A DNA stretch of 64,000 nt from Eledone cirrhosa (GCA_964016885.1 OZ024741.1:212784001-212848000); one strand, 5' to 3'. Shown: positions 28,750-41,796, counted from the stretch's first letter. Translations and numbers: made by a program. The notes: generated by a model from the letters alone, not told the origin.

Positions 28750-28949
28750 CAAAAGCAATGTGGTAAGGAACCAGATGGAACATAACGCACCAGAGTACTC
28801 GATACTTTGGGTAGTAGAGTGGGTAATAGGAAACGAGTCAGAACCCCGACGGCAGAGCTCAAGCTGTTTCGACAGCTATATCTGGACTCTGAGTCCAGAA
28901 ATAGCTATCGAACCGGTGTGAGCTCTGCCGTCGGGGTTCTGACTCTTTT

Positions 28950-29008
<59 letters not shown>

Positions 29009-29469
29009 GAGCGAGTAGGACGCCGACGGCTGAGCTCAAGCCGTTTCGACGGCTAATTCTGGAATTAGTCCAGAATTAGCCGTCGAAACGGCTTGAGCTC
29101 ATATATATAAATTTATATATATATATATATATGTGTGTATGCGTGTGTGTGTATGTGTGTGTGTGTGCGTGTGTGTGTGTTGGACCTCCTTCATTTTCAA
29201 CGAAGATCGTTTCAGTTGTTCAATCAACTGACCAATCCATTCAGCAATTTAAGAAGAATGTTGTTGAACGTTTCACAGACACGTGTACATGTACCTTTAT
29301 CGTAATTCTAGGGAGATTTAGCGTGGCTATTTTGTGAAAAGGCTGAACTATTGAATTAATGTTGCAGTACATTTTGTATTATAGCACAAGTTGCTGAATA
29401 TTCCACAAACATGTGTACTGGTCATCTAATTGTCCAGAAGATTCAGGGTGAAAATTGGTTAATAGTATT
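28251..29469. repeat. Inverted duplication (~370-bp arms 28251-28620 / 29100-29469) enclosing three hairpin-element pieces
   Basis: aatactattaaccaattttcacc / ggtgaaaattggttaatagtatt; only a few mismatches between arms. Confidence 0.9.
28748..28953 (-). mobile_element. Fold-back hairpin element (family C) in (TA)n; further pieces at 28658-28708 and 29006-29100
   Basis: Homologous to 48649-48843 and 50136-50251; internal palindrome centred on tctggactc-t-gagtccaga. Confidence 0.8.
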
Positions 29470-29952
29470 TAAGCATAAAATCGTCTGACCATATTTCTGT
29501 TATTGCTATCCAGCGCTGTAAGCATATTGAGTAACACGAATAAAGACACTTTAAATTTTAACATCCCAGTCTAGCAAACTATCTACCAAAATATCTCAGT
29601 CCACATAAGAATATCTCAAAAATCATCAAAATAGCTCACTAATCATAAAGATATCTCAGTTTGCATAAACATAGCTCAGTTTACATAAATATATGCCCAG
29701 TTTACATAAACATAGTTTTCACTATATATATCTATATATCTATATATATATATATTGTTATGGAATACTGTTAGCTTCTCGCTACAACAATTTCTATACC
29801 TTTCATTTATATATATATCTCTATATATATATAACCAAAGATTAATGTGGTTCGTTGATTATTCAACGAATACAATTTTACAATAGATTAGAAGCACAGA
29901 AGCACTCGACAGCTATTTTCCTGGAGTATTTAATATTATTCAAAATATTAAT

Positions 29953-30029
<77 letters not shown>

Positions 30030-30039
30030 TAATAAAAAC

Positions 30040-31490
30040 AATGTAATAAAAACAAAGAACAAATTCCTTATATTAAGAAATTCATCATTTTACGATCGTT
30101 TCTAGGATGTATATGTGTGTTGGTATGTATATCATATAGATCTATGTAAAATATTACAAATTATCAGAGGAAATATACATACCTTCACATATACATGCTG
30201 TCTTCAGAAATGATGAGATTTGTTTATTAAAAAAAACTAACAAAGATAATATAATAGGTCTGTTTGGGAACAGGGTGTGAATTGACCAATAGAAAAGTAG
30301 TTAGAGGTCAAGCTGATAGAATAGTAGTAGTAGAAATTTAATTTAGGAGTAGAGAGTGCAGACTTATCTTTTGAATGAAAAGAATACTTTGAATGAAAAG
30401 AATACTTTGGGATGAAAAGAGGTCAAGCCGGTGAAGGGTACACCAACATTGGATGTTATTAAAGAATAATGTTAAAAACATTAAAGAATAATGTTAAAAA
30501 CGAAGGAAAATAATATTTTAGGGTAAGGGTATTAGTGAGAAATACCAATCTTATAACCGATCTATAACAAGAAATTAAATTAATTGATAGGTATACTTAT
30601 AGGGATAAATTTATATTAATTCATATGAATGTGATAAATAAGAATTAGATGTTATTAAAGAGTGTTGTTAAAAACGAAGGAAAGTAACATTTTGGGATAA
30701 GGGTAGTAGTGAGAAATACCAATCGTATATAAACTACAAGGAATCTAGATTCATAACAGGAAATTAAATTAATTTATAGGTATACTTTTAGGTATTAATT
30801 TTAGGAAAAGAGAGCTGTAAGAATGAAATAAAATTATGAAGTTCTCTGTAGTAAAGTACTAATTATAGGTTAACTTAATTAAACAAACTAATTATAATAA
30901 TATGTAAAATATAAGTGTAAGGTGTATATTAATTAGGTTTATAATATTTGAAGGTTCTTCTAATTCTATGTTTGCAAGATATAATTAATTCCTGTCGCTT
31001 ATTTAATAGGATATCCTTAGATTTCATGATTTCAAAAAAGTTCCTGGGAGCATAACCTACACTCGTATCTGTTATTTTGATAAGGAGTGGCCCTTTTGAG
31101 CACAATACAGGTCAGGTTGTAATCGATATTCTTCTTTCTATAATTATTAATTGTTTCAGCCAAGGATGTTGTATTAGCTAATGCGGCATTTTTAAAACTA
31201 TGTTTGTGGGTATTAAATCTTACTTTAAAATGGTTAGACGTAGCTCCTATATATGAATAAGTGGAGTCCTTAGTGCTAATTTTACATTTATAGACTATGT
31301 TATTAATAAGACACTTTCTCTTTAATGGGCAATTTTTTATTTATTCTACAGTTACAACCATTCGTGAATATTATATCAGGGGAGTTAGTCAAACTTGATT
31401 TTTGGAATACATTGAGTTCTTCATACGGATTGGACACCGTATATTTTGGTAGATTTATCCATATATATATGGTAGATTTATTTGGTAAAT
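30040..31490 (-). mobile_element. 5'-truncated Penelope-like element remnant (GIY-YIG endonuclease + 3' pLTR)
   Basis: Manual minus-strand translation of 30955-31360 (with frameshifts): CNCRINKK-CPLKRKCLINNIVYKCKISTKDSTYSYIGATSNHFKVRFNTHKHSF...CRLCSQELF-EIMKSKDILLNKRQELIISCKHR. Confidence 0.85.
30082..30216 (-). ncRNA. Hammerhead ribozyme with very long stem II, in the PLE pLTR
   Basis: UCAUCAUUU-CUGAAGA-[~98 nt hairpin]-GAAA-CGAUCG-UA-AAAUGAUGA: perfect 9-bp stem I, palindromic stem III, GUA triplet. Confidence 0.8.
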
Positions 31491-31493
31491 TTA

Positions 31494-31571
<78 letters not shown>

Positions 31572-31952
31572 GGTGTTCACCTGTTTATGGTGGGCCGATA
31601 ACGTTGTTAAAACTCAGTGCGACCTTCAGAAGATAGTTTCAACGAGCTTAGGTGAAGAGTGGTATAGTTTTTGTACTAGGCTATCATCGAACAAGGTTCG
31701 CTCGAAGGTTCTACTCGAGCCACCGAATTATAAATATATATATATATTTATAAATGGAAGCTTAGTAAAATCGCAGCTTTGACTGTGGCCAAGCAAAGCG
31801 ACCTACAATAAGGAATGAGGAGCAAAGCACTCAATAAGGGTAGGTCCTTAGAGTAATAACATTACGTTTAAATAGCTTGACAAATTGAAAATTGCGGTAG
31901 GCAAAACCCAACCACACAATACCAAAACAACGAAAGAACTAATCAGGTTAAA

Positions 31953-32029
<77 letters not shown>

Positions 32030-32094
32030 GTATATATGTATACACATATATAGAAATAAACACACAAAGAAGTGTGTTTTGAATTACATGGGTG

Positions 32095-32152
<58 letters not shown>

Positions 32153-33869
32153 TATATATATATAGTATATGTATGTATACATATATATGTAATGTCCTGC
32201 ATAAGATAAATATTTTTGCATCAAATTAAATATATCACTAAATCAAATATATTAATATGGATTCTTATCATTGGCACGTGAAAATATAGTTTCCCCTCTT
32301 TTCAGAGAATTGTGTAGATTAACTTGCAGAAACACAACCCCCAGCGGGAAGGGTTCTGCTAGTATGAAATTCCTACTTCTAATTTCTGTTACGCATACAA
32401 ATGTCAGTATATATTTCTTGATTGGACCCCTGAGGCATTTGGGGGACGTTAGCTGATGTATCGTTATATAATATCGCTATATAGTATCACTGTTCAATAT
32501 CGCTAGTAGATATATCAATATCTTCGTATCGTACTTTGTCAAAGGATATTTCCAGTGACGCTGGAAGAAATATTTAAAAACAATGGAGTACAATTATTTC
32601 AACATTTTAGTTCTGACTATTCAGTTCAAAAGGCCATGTTTTGTAAAGCTGTATGTCCTGTTTAACTGAAGAAACCTTAGAATCTTCTAACAATACAAGC
32701 AAGTGGCATATTCTGGAAGTGTTTTTATTTATTCAGATAATTGTCTTTTTTATTTTGTAACAATCTTTTAATTTCTCCTCGATCTGTCTTAAACGTTTTG
32801 GTGAACGTGCGCGTCTTACTGCATAAAGTGCTGGACACACGATCAATTGCAGCAACATTAGTTCGATTCCCTGACCGAGTGGCCACGTTGTTTCTTTGAG
32901 CAATATTATTTCACGCTATTCTAGTCCACTCAACTTCCAACAAATAAATTGTATCTTCGATGGTGCTCAGCTTATAAGCTCATGCCTTACCCTAGAACAA
33001 CATTAGTGTTGTAGAGATGGCTGTCTGACATGCACGTTTTACAAGTGGATTTCTACAAAGCTTCTGCCTAGGCAACTTCTTTTGAAAAGCAAACCAATGC
33101 TCAGTTAGTCAGGAGTACAAATTCCTTGTTGAGACGTGACCAAAGGGAGCTTTTTTTTTGTCATATTTTTTTTATTCATAGAGGTTTTAAGAGAAATATA
33201 TTATTTCGAGGCTTGGATTCAATTGAAATTATTTTATTTTATTGATATGTGAGGAAAGCCAGTGTCCAATTGGCTAAAATGTTGGACTCACGATCATACA
33301 CACGTGAGCTGTGTTCATCAACAACTTATTTCATTTTATATAGCTCCAGTTTGTTTAGCAGAAAATGTGTACCTGCAGTACATTAGGATCGTATTCTGAT
33401 TGACTGGCCTCTCCTTCGTAGGGTTAGAAGTTATATACTCTTAGTCGCTTAAGTTCCTTTAAACAAGAATAAGCTCCTAGTTTCGTCAAACTCATGCAAG
33501 CATGTAAAAAAAGACTTAAAACGTTAAGGAAATGAAAATTAAATAAATATAAATACTGGGTAAACTTTGTCTAAGGATTTGTACCTTTGAACAACCATAG
33601 AGCAATTTTCTCTGAAAGTATTTAATGTGAAGAACTTGTGTCTCGTCTTGAGGGGGATGATAATAAGATGAGAAATTTGAATGTATATTGCAAAGAGTCA
33701 AGACTGTTTACCGCAGGTTATCTATCGTCCAATGTTCCGACATACATTTTTTTAACGTCTCCGATAAGAAATAAATGCAAATGTAACTAAAACTGGCCGA
33801 ATTTGAACTCAGATCCCGAAGAGTGAGAAGAAGCGTTTAAAACATGCTATACGCTGCTCTGGAGGAGAA

Positions 33870-34200
33870 CTCTACAACACCGTCTTCGGAATAAACTGAC
33901 ATAACACCACAATACATTAGACCGCCAATTAGGGATCCTGTCAAACTGCTGCCCGATAAGCCGAAGAGGACAAACTCTCCAATTATCGGTCGATTCCGGA
34001 GAGGTTTGTGGTAGAGTCTATAGCAGTGGAGACTTCTGGCGTTCTTAGGCCCGGGACCACGTCCTTTCACACTGCTATCGAGCTGGAGATGGCCGCTTGC
34101 GGGTGCGAGCCCAGCGAGGTGGAGTAGCTGTTTCAGCACGTCTCCATCACCATCCTCTTGGACATGCATTCTCTATCCAGTCGACATGATCCAGAGGCGG
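33870..34200 (+). mobile_element. Possible decayed 3' (restriction-like endonuclease) fragment of an early-branching LINE
   Basis: GC-richer island translating to IAVETSGVLRPGTTSF..., reminiscent of the E..G.LG motif region; heavily degenerate. Confidence 0.3.
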
Positions 34201-34329
34201 ATGGAAAGTTAGTTGGTGTTGGAGAATACTCGTTTTGATGTCTCTTTTACAACTAAAGTATATTCACATTTATACAATTATATGCTATCAGGTTGGAGTG
34301 TAAACTTAGATCGTGTATGATTTCATACG

Positions 34330-34930
34330 AATGAAACAGGCTTCAAGAGCGAAAGTTAATGAGACAATAGCTAACTGGGACCAAGGTAAAACTATTTCTA
34401 TTAGTCGTTTTCGTTACTGGTATTATCTAACAGTTGAAACAGCTTTCATGGGCGAAAGTGAATGAGACAATAGCTAACAGGGAACAAGGCAACAATATTT
34501 ATTTTAGTCTTTTTCATTACTGGTATTACCTAACAATTGAAACATCCTTCAATGGCAAAGGTCAATGAGACAATAGCTAACTGGGACCACGTTAACAATA
34601 TTTCCATTCGTCGTTTTCGTTACTGGTATAGTCTAACAATTGAAACAGCTTTCATGAGCGAAAGTCAATGAGACAATAGCTAACTGGGACCAAGGCTAAA
34701 ATATTTCCTTTAGTCTTTTTTGTTACTGGTATTATCTGACAGTTGAAACGCCTCGGTGAAAGAAGGAGGCTGGCTGTAAACCCAGAACGTGTTAGAAATA
34801 TCCTGATGATTTCATACGAATGAAACAGTATTGAAGAGCGAAAGTCAACGAGACAATAGCTAACTGGGACCAAACTAAAAATGTTTCTATTAGTTTTTCC
34901 CGTTACTGGTATAATATGACATTTGTAACG
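34330..34930. repeat. Diverged ~105-120 bp tandem repeat (about 5 units)
   Basis: gcgaaagtcaatgagacaatagctaactgggaccaagg recurs near 34350, 34452, 34555, 34658 and 34838. Confidence 0.85.
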
Positions 34931-35654
34931 CCTGGTAGAACGGAAGAGGAGGGTGTCTGTAAACTCAGGACTCACAGAACCATACTCAGCCGGAACAAAT
35001 AGCGAAACATCTAATCTGACGCTCTAACGACTCTGCCAATTCGCTTCTTTTAATATAACTTTAATACCAAACGGATATGACAGACACAAGTCATGAGATG
35101 TCTTTAATAGCTTTAAATCTTCGTTGGAGTAAAATACTTATAGAAAAATAAAAGCTTAAGAAAAATCATATTTAAATTAAATATTTGACTTTTATTCTCA
35201 AACTAGATATTGACTGACAGCAGTGCTTAAATATTCTCTCAAAATTTCTAGAATTTCCATAAACTTAAATATCACCGATGGTTCATAAATGTAATAATTA
35301 TTTCAAGTGATTAATCGCTTGTTTTTAATTTAATTATTCAATAATATGTCACAGTTGAAATGTAAAAGGAATCATTCTTGAATGGACACTGCCAGGAAAT
35401 GAAGATTAAGAAAATTTTATTATGTAAACTAATTAAGAATCCGTCCAAGAAATGTCTTTGTGAAATGAGGCGTTCTTCCTATGGCTCATATGATTGACTT
35501 TTATGACATCAACGTATAATATCGTTTATATATATATATATATAACTACATGTATATATAACTATATATATATAGACAAATACATACACATATATAGTTT
35601 CTCGTTGAAAATCCATGGATGATAACACAGATACACACACACACACACGCACAC

Positions 35655-35734
<80 letters not shown>

Positions 35735-35924
35735 TCAATCATTTCTTAAGACATACATCCCATAACTCACTTCCTCCGCCACTCTCTAGGAGCACATGCA
35801 ATGACACTCCCTTGTACTCTCCTTCCCTCATTCACTCATTCAATCCCTCACTCACACTCGTTCATTCTTCATTCGGTATACCGAGAACACGCACTATACA
35901 TAGGATCTCACGAACAGATCTCTC

Positions 35925-36400
35925 CCTCATTCATCCAATTTCTCGTTGACTCTCGTTCAGTCCTCGTTCGTTACACATAGAACACTCACTACAAACATGA
36001 ACTCACGCACACATTCTCTCTCTCATTCATCCAATTTCTCGTTGACTCTCGTTCAGTTCTGGTTCGTTACACCTAGAACACTCACTACAAACATGAACTC
36101 ACGCACACATTTTCTCTCTCATTCATCCAATTTCTCGTTGACTCTCGTTCAGTTCTCGTTCGTTATACCTAGAACACTCACTACAAACATGAACTCACGC
36201 ACACATTCTCTCTCTCATTCATCCAATTTCTCGTTGACTCTCGTTCAGTTCTCGTTCGTTACACCTAGAACACTCACTACAAACATGAACTCACGCACAC
36301 ATTCTCTCTCTCATTCATCCAATTTTTAGTTGACTCTCGTTCAGTCCTAGTTCGTTACACCTAGAACACTCACTACAAACATGAACTGACGCACACATTC
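35925..36400. repeat. 87-bp tandem repeat (about 5 units)
   Basis: tcattcatccaatttctcgttgactctcgttcagt...cctagaacactcactacaaacatgaactcacgcacacattc repeated (29-aa periodic ORF). Confidence 0.9.
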
Positions 36401-37208
36401 GTCCATACCCCTCATTCACACTCGTTCATTCCTTGTTTGTTACACTCAGAACACTCACTACAAACATGAACTCACTCACACATTCTCCCACTCATTCGTC
36501 CATGCCCCTCATTCACACTCATCTACTCCTGGTTCGTTACCCCTATACAATGATTACCCACACAAACCCATACATATAGACACACTGACATCTTATTACC
36601 CCACACACATTATTGCACACCGAAACACATATACACATTGTATAACAGATTTGCCAAGTCTCACTAATAACTACACGACGCCATATGTCAAAATTACTTT
36701 CTACCAACATAAACCTTCATACATTCCCACACTTTCTCGCCATCTCGATCATTATTACCTCAGACAATCATTACCAACACTAACACATACATGTACGCCA
36801 ACACACACCCAACATACACCAACATACACACACAATAGCCACACAAACTCATACACACATTGTCTGGCATATTCATCAATCTCGCTAACAACGATACCAC
36901 ATAGCACATTACAACCACCATTTTTCAATATCACTTTCATCGTTTGCCAAAGCCATACATACACGCGAGCTTTTGCTATCTTATCAAAAGATCATTCATT
37001 ATGAAAATTGCAGCTACATCTCCCCGTTGACTTATTATTAAGATGTACATCTCCTGTGATTTTGTTCTGGGCCGACAATAGTATTTTGAATTTTGATCCA
37101 CCTTAGCTATTCCTCTCTGTACAATGCTACTCTACAACACACATACTCGCACACACACACACACACACGCACAAACACACGCGCACACACACACACGCAC
37201 ACGCACAC

Positions 37209-37270
<62 letters not shown>

Positions 37271-37839
37271 TAGTTCTAAGTATATATATTTCTATATATT
37301 ATTTCTAAATATATATATGCCATACAAATATTGTAGGTATCCACATGTGTTTGTGTATATGTAGATGATTATTTCTGTACGCATATGTTTGTGCGTATAT
37401 TTGTGTGGGTGTGTGTTTCTTAGTGTATGTATGTTATTCATTACAGTGTATAAGGGTGATTATGCTGTTCCTGTGTTCGTATATATGTATGTGTGACTGT
37501 TTCTATACACATATGTTTGTGCGTATATTTCGTTAGGAGACTATTTGTTCGTGTATGTGAATATGTATGCTATTCAACATATAATATACTATAGTGTAGA
37601 CGTATGATTAGAATGTTCTTCTGTTTTGGGAACATTTGTGTATTTGTGTATATGTATGTGACTATTTCTGTATGCATGTGTTTGTGTGCATATTTGTGTG
37701 GGTGTGTATTGGTTCGTCTATGTGCGCATGTATGCCATTCAAACAATATAATATAATATAGATGTGAGACAAGACAGCCCATGTTTGTGTATATCTATGT
37801 ATGGGTGTGTCAAATTTTGTATGTGTGAGTTCTTGTTTG

Positions 37840-38095
37840 AGGCGGCGAATTGGCAGAATCGTTAGAACGACGGATAGATTGCTTTTTGGTATTCATTTCG
37901 TCTCTCTACTCCCTGAGTTCAAATCCCACCTAGGTCAACTTTGACATTCATCTTTTCGAGGTCGATAAAAAAAATGTACCAGTCTAGTACTAGGGTCAAT
38001 TCCTCCTCTATAACATTTTATCACACTCTATCCTTCTCTGGAATAAATCTGCTATAGTTAGAACTGGAGAGGAGATGGGCTCCATCGGGTTTAGA
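37840..38095 (+). mobile_element. SINE with extended 3' tail (cttctctggaa.aaatctgct...ggagaggagatgggctcc); sister copies at 51408-51680 and 55845-56065
   Basis: Shared head, central domain and tail across three loci. Confidence 0.65.
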
Positions 38096-39052
38096 AGCGC
38101 CATAGGAACCCCATACGCCAATTAGGCGTCCCTACAATTCTCTCAGGAGTGACAGGACTATGTATGCAGGCATGTATGCTACTCAATACATAATTTATTA
38201 AAGTATCTAAGTTTTACGGGAGTTTTTATGGGTTGGGGTATATTTTCGTGTGTTTATTCTTGTTTATGTTTGTGTGGGTTTTGGGGAGATATTTCTCTCT
38301 ATATATGTATATGTATTCGTGTGTGTTTAGTTTGGTTGATGTATACGTTAACATTATTTATATGTGTGTGTGTGTATGTGCCTGTGTGAAACTGCATGTG
38401 TGTATATTTGTTCATGTATACATATATAGGAATATATTGGGTATACACATCACCTATTCGTGTGTGTATATGTCTATCTGTGTGGATGAGAGTTCGTGTG
38501 AGTATGCGTACATATAAGTGTGCGTGTGTGTATGTGTTTGTGTGTGTGCGTGTGTTCGTGCATGCTTGTGCATGTAGTTGTGTGATGCATAAATACCATG
38601 TTGAGTATATATATATTAACTATTCATGTGCGTGGGAGAGTCTCAGGTGTGTATGCATGTGTGTGTACTTTTGTGCTTAAATTCGCATGTACTTATATAG
38701 GCATGATAAAATATACTCTATGTATAGGTGTATTTAGTGAATGTATTTATATAATGGTTTCTTCTTTTGGCACAAGGCCAGCAATTATTTTATCGACCTC
38801 GTAAGGATGAAAGGCAAAGTTAACCTCGGCGGCATTTGATCTCAGACCATAAAGGGCAGTAACTCTTTGCTGCAAAGCATGGCGTCCAACCCTCTACAGA
38901 TACTGCCAATCAACCACCCAGTGTATTTATATAATAATATATGTTTTATATATGTATATACAGTGGTTTTGTGAATTCGATCACCTTCACATATTTTACA
39001 TGATACACATTCGACGTAAATCTCTCTACAACTTACGTTATACCAACATACA

Positions 39053-39082
<30 letters not shown>

Positions 39083-39086
<4 letters not shown>

Positions 39087-39588
39087 GGTTTCTTGGTTCA
39101 CCACTGGATAGAACTGGTCATTCCGTATGGTCAATCCTGGTGTAATATTGTGAAGAGTACTCAACGTAGTGCAGTTCACCCATCTTCGTTTGTGTAGTTG
39201 GTGGTGCGAATACGGAGTTAATTATAAATGAAGTAACAGGAGGCTGGACTGGTGTAAATCCTTGAAAGGTTTATTATACTATGATCATTTCAATGATCGG
39301 GTTCCATATGAATCCGGTGATATCATCAGGTATTGGAATATAACAAAGGAATATGTAAAAAGCCATGGGTCCGAAAAACCATGGGTCCGAGAAACCAGAA
39401 ACCAGCCGCCTTCTCTGTCTCTGGTTTCTCGGACCCATGGTTTTTCGGACCCATGGCTTTTTACATATTCCTTTGTTATATTCCAATCCTGATGATATCA
39501 CCGGATTCATATGGAACCCGATCATTGAAATGATCATAGTATAATAAACCTTTCAAGGATTTACACCAGTCCAGCCTCCTGTTATTTC

Positions 39589-39595
<7 letters not shown>
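39083..39595 (-). mobile_element. PLE-like fold-back element (palindrome 39223-39399 / 39420-39595) between (TA)n tracts
   Basis: Near-perfect ~176-bp arms with a 20-nt spacer; homolog at 19780-20035. Confidence 0.85.
39276..39333 (-). ncRNA. Hammerhead ribozyme motif (mirror copy on + at ~39486-39542 has a 1-nt stem I deletion)
   Basis: AUAC-CUGAUGA-[imperfect CGGAUUC..GAACCCG hairpin]-GAAA-UGAUCA-UA-GUAU; palindromic stem III. Confidence 0.6.
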
Positions 39596-39629
<34 letters not shown>

Positions 39630-39630
39630 T

Positions 39631-39856
39631 GAAGGCGTGTGGCTGAGTGGTTAGAGTATTGGATTCACAATCGTGAGGTTGTGAGTTCGATTCCTGGACC
39701 AGGCGATGCGTTATGTCCTTGAGCAAGACACTTTATTTCACGTTGCTCCTTCTACCTGGAGTTGCGACCGATAGATAGTATTAGCAATTGGAAAGACCAA
39801 TGGAAACATAGTTTCCTCGGTCCGATTTGACGAAAGTCGATCGACTAGAAAAAAAA
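39631..39856 (+). mobile_element. Short young tRNA-derived SINE with a structured 3' domain; twin at 56236-56462 (-)
   Basis: A box tggctgagtgg, B box gttcgattc; near-identical reverse copy; both flanked by (TA)n. Confidence 0.85.
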
Positions 39857-40269
39857 TATATATATGAAAGACGTAAATAAGAAAGTTATGAAAATTGACT
39901 TACTTACTAAAATTTCACTCCAACTAATTAGTTTCTGTAAGGGGATAAATACAGTTATGTAATACCTGTAGAGAAGCCTTACGTCATCTGGGAGTCTATT
40001 CTCAGCTAAGCCACCAGGCAATGCGGGGACACTGGAAGCTTATATAACAATAATTCAGTGGATGGAAAAAAGCGAAAAAATCGAGCGGGGCTAGATTCTA
40101 AGCACTGAAAAATTCGCTGCCTCCTCGGTCAAGTGGCAAATTCAAAAGAATTAATCACGTGACACTGAGGTTAACCAGCTTGGAGTGGGGGTGATATTAA
40201 GACAGAGCCTAGCTACTACTATAAGTCACAGTAGTAATTTGGCAAATTTTGCTCTAATTTGGAGATGAA

Positions 40270-40497
40270 TATAAAGAATTTAATATATCTACCGACATAT
40301 GTATACAGATGCATACCTACGCTAGCAGATATATATGTTTTGTCTTAGTTTCATAATTTTCTTGTTTACGTCTTTCATATAATTGTTCTGCATTCCCCTG
40401 AATAGAACTACAAAGTTACTAAGACAAAACATATATATCTCCTAGCGTAGGTATGCATCTGTATACATATGTCGGTAGATATATTAATTCTTTATAT
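40270..40497. repeat. Inverted duplication (40270-40350 / 40420-40497)
   Basis: tatctaccgacatatgtatacagatgcatacctacgctag / ctagcgtaggtatgcatctgtatacatatgtcggtagata. Confidence 0.85.
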
Positions 40498-41039
40498 ATA
40501 TATATATACGGGATAACAAATTATCGTTATAGGTAGTCCACTTAGATGTAGTCCAGTTAGGGTACTCCGAGTAGTGGATAGTATTAACGCTTGGCTAAGT
40601 TTGACTCAACAAGACGTTTCCATAGTGATGCTGCGAGTACGCGGTGATTTCTATGTAGTTTACACTTGGAGTAATAATAAATCAAGAAAGAAGAGTGACA
40701 TGGTTTGCTATACAATAAGGGCTTTATTCACATTGCTGACAATTGTTTCTCTGAACTGGTAGGTCTAGAGATCGCTACCAGCCTGATTTTGCGTCAATCG
40801 ATCACTAATACTTTCTTATAACCAGTCTATTCATCAGATCATGCGAGAATGAAGGATATACACAGGCATGGCTTCCATATATAGTAGTGGTATTAAATCA
40901 GAACAATAATAACAATACTCAAATAAATTAGCTAGATAGTAAATAGTTAAAACAATCACAACATCAATCTAAGTAAGAAATAGAGCATAATGATGACCTT
41001 AGGATGTAAAACGAACTGATACGATACAGATGTATGAAA

Positions 41040-41410
41040 TTGACATGGGAAAGCTGTCATGGGGTACACTAGATATAGTGCAGAGCACCAAACTTTGGCA
41101 TTGGGAGCTGGACCAACCCCCGAACAGGACGTCACTGTGTGGTGCCAACATCTAGAATAAGGAGCAGATATTGCAATAGCCTGAGGTTCAAAGGCCCTCA
41201 ACTCTTCAACAAGCTGCCGAGGGAGCTGAGAGATCTGCATGTTGTGGACGTGGATGTTTTCAAGAAATATCTTCACACCTTGCTATCCAGGATCCCGGAT
41301 GAGCCCACAGCAAGGCACGAGGGAAACCTAAGGGCAGCAGCAACGAACTCCCTCCTACACCAGTGGCCAACATGGCCTCAGCCAGATGGCTGGAACAGGT
41401 AAAAGTGTAA
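41040..41410 (+). mobile_element. 3' end of a CR1/L2-like LINE
   Basis: RSRYCNSLRFKGPQLFNKLPRELRDLHVVDVDVFKKYLHTLLSRIPDEP resembles the typical ORF2 C-terminus. Confidence 0.7.
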
Positions 41411-41427
41411 AAGTATATATATATTAT

Positions 41428-41796
41428 AATATTAAATAAATGGAAACTATATTTATAAAACCATATTTATTTCATTATATATATTTCGGGGATATCATAT
41501 TAACAATATGCTATGCCTTCCTCAGACAAAATACAATATAAACAGTTTTATAGATAAATAGATTCGACATACCGTTATAACACCGACTTCCATTTGAAGA
41601 GGTTTAAGCTGCCAGCTTAAACCTCTTCAAATGGAAGTCGGTGTTATAACGGTATGTCGAATCTATTTATCTATAAAACTGTTTATATTGTATTTTGTCT
41701 GAGGAAGGCATAGCATATTGTTAATATGATATCCCCGAAATATATATAATGAAATAAATATGGTTTTATAAATATAGTTTCCATTTATTTAATATT
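41428..41796. repeat. Perfect palindrome, 184-bp arms, 1-nt centre at 41612; the element continues to ~41890
   Basis: aagctg-c-cagctt centre; arms match by inspection. Confidence 0.92.
41691..41756 (+). ncRNA. Hammerhead ribozyme motif (mirror on - at 41468-41533)
   Basis: UAUUUUGU-CUGAGGA-[..CAUAUU(GUU)AAUAUG..]-GAAA-UAUAUA-UA-AUGAAAUA. Confidence 0.65.

Noticed and set aside
32200-33800. Host gene exons in the less repetitive stretches (also 48900-49720, 51750-52450, 54450-55600)
   Set aside because: No ORF with recognisable motifs; small exons cannot be excluded without transcript data.
39631-39700. tRNA gene
   Set aside because: A/B boxes belong to a SINE head continuing into a repeat body; no complete cloverleaf evident.
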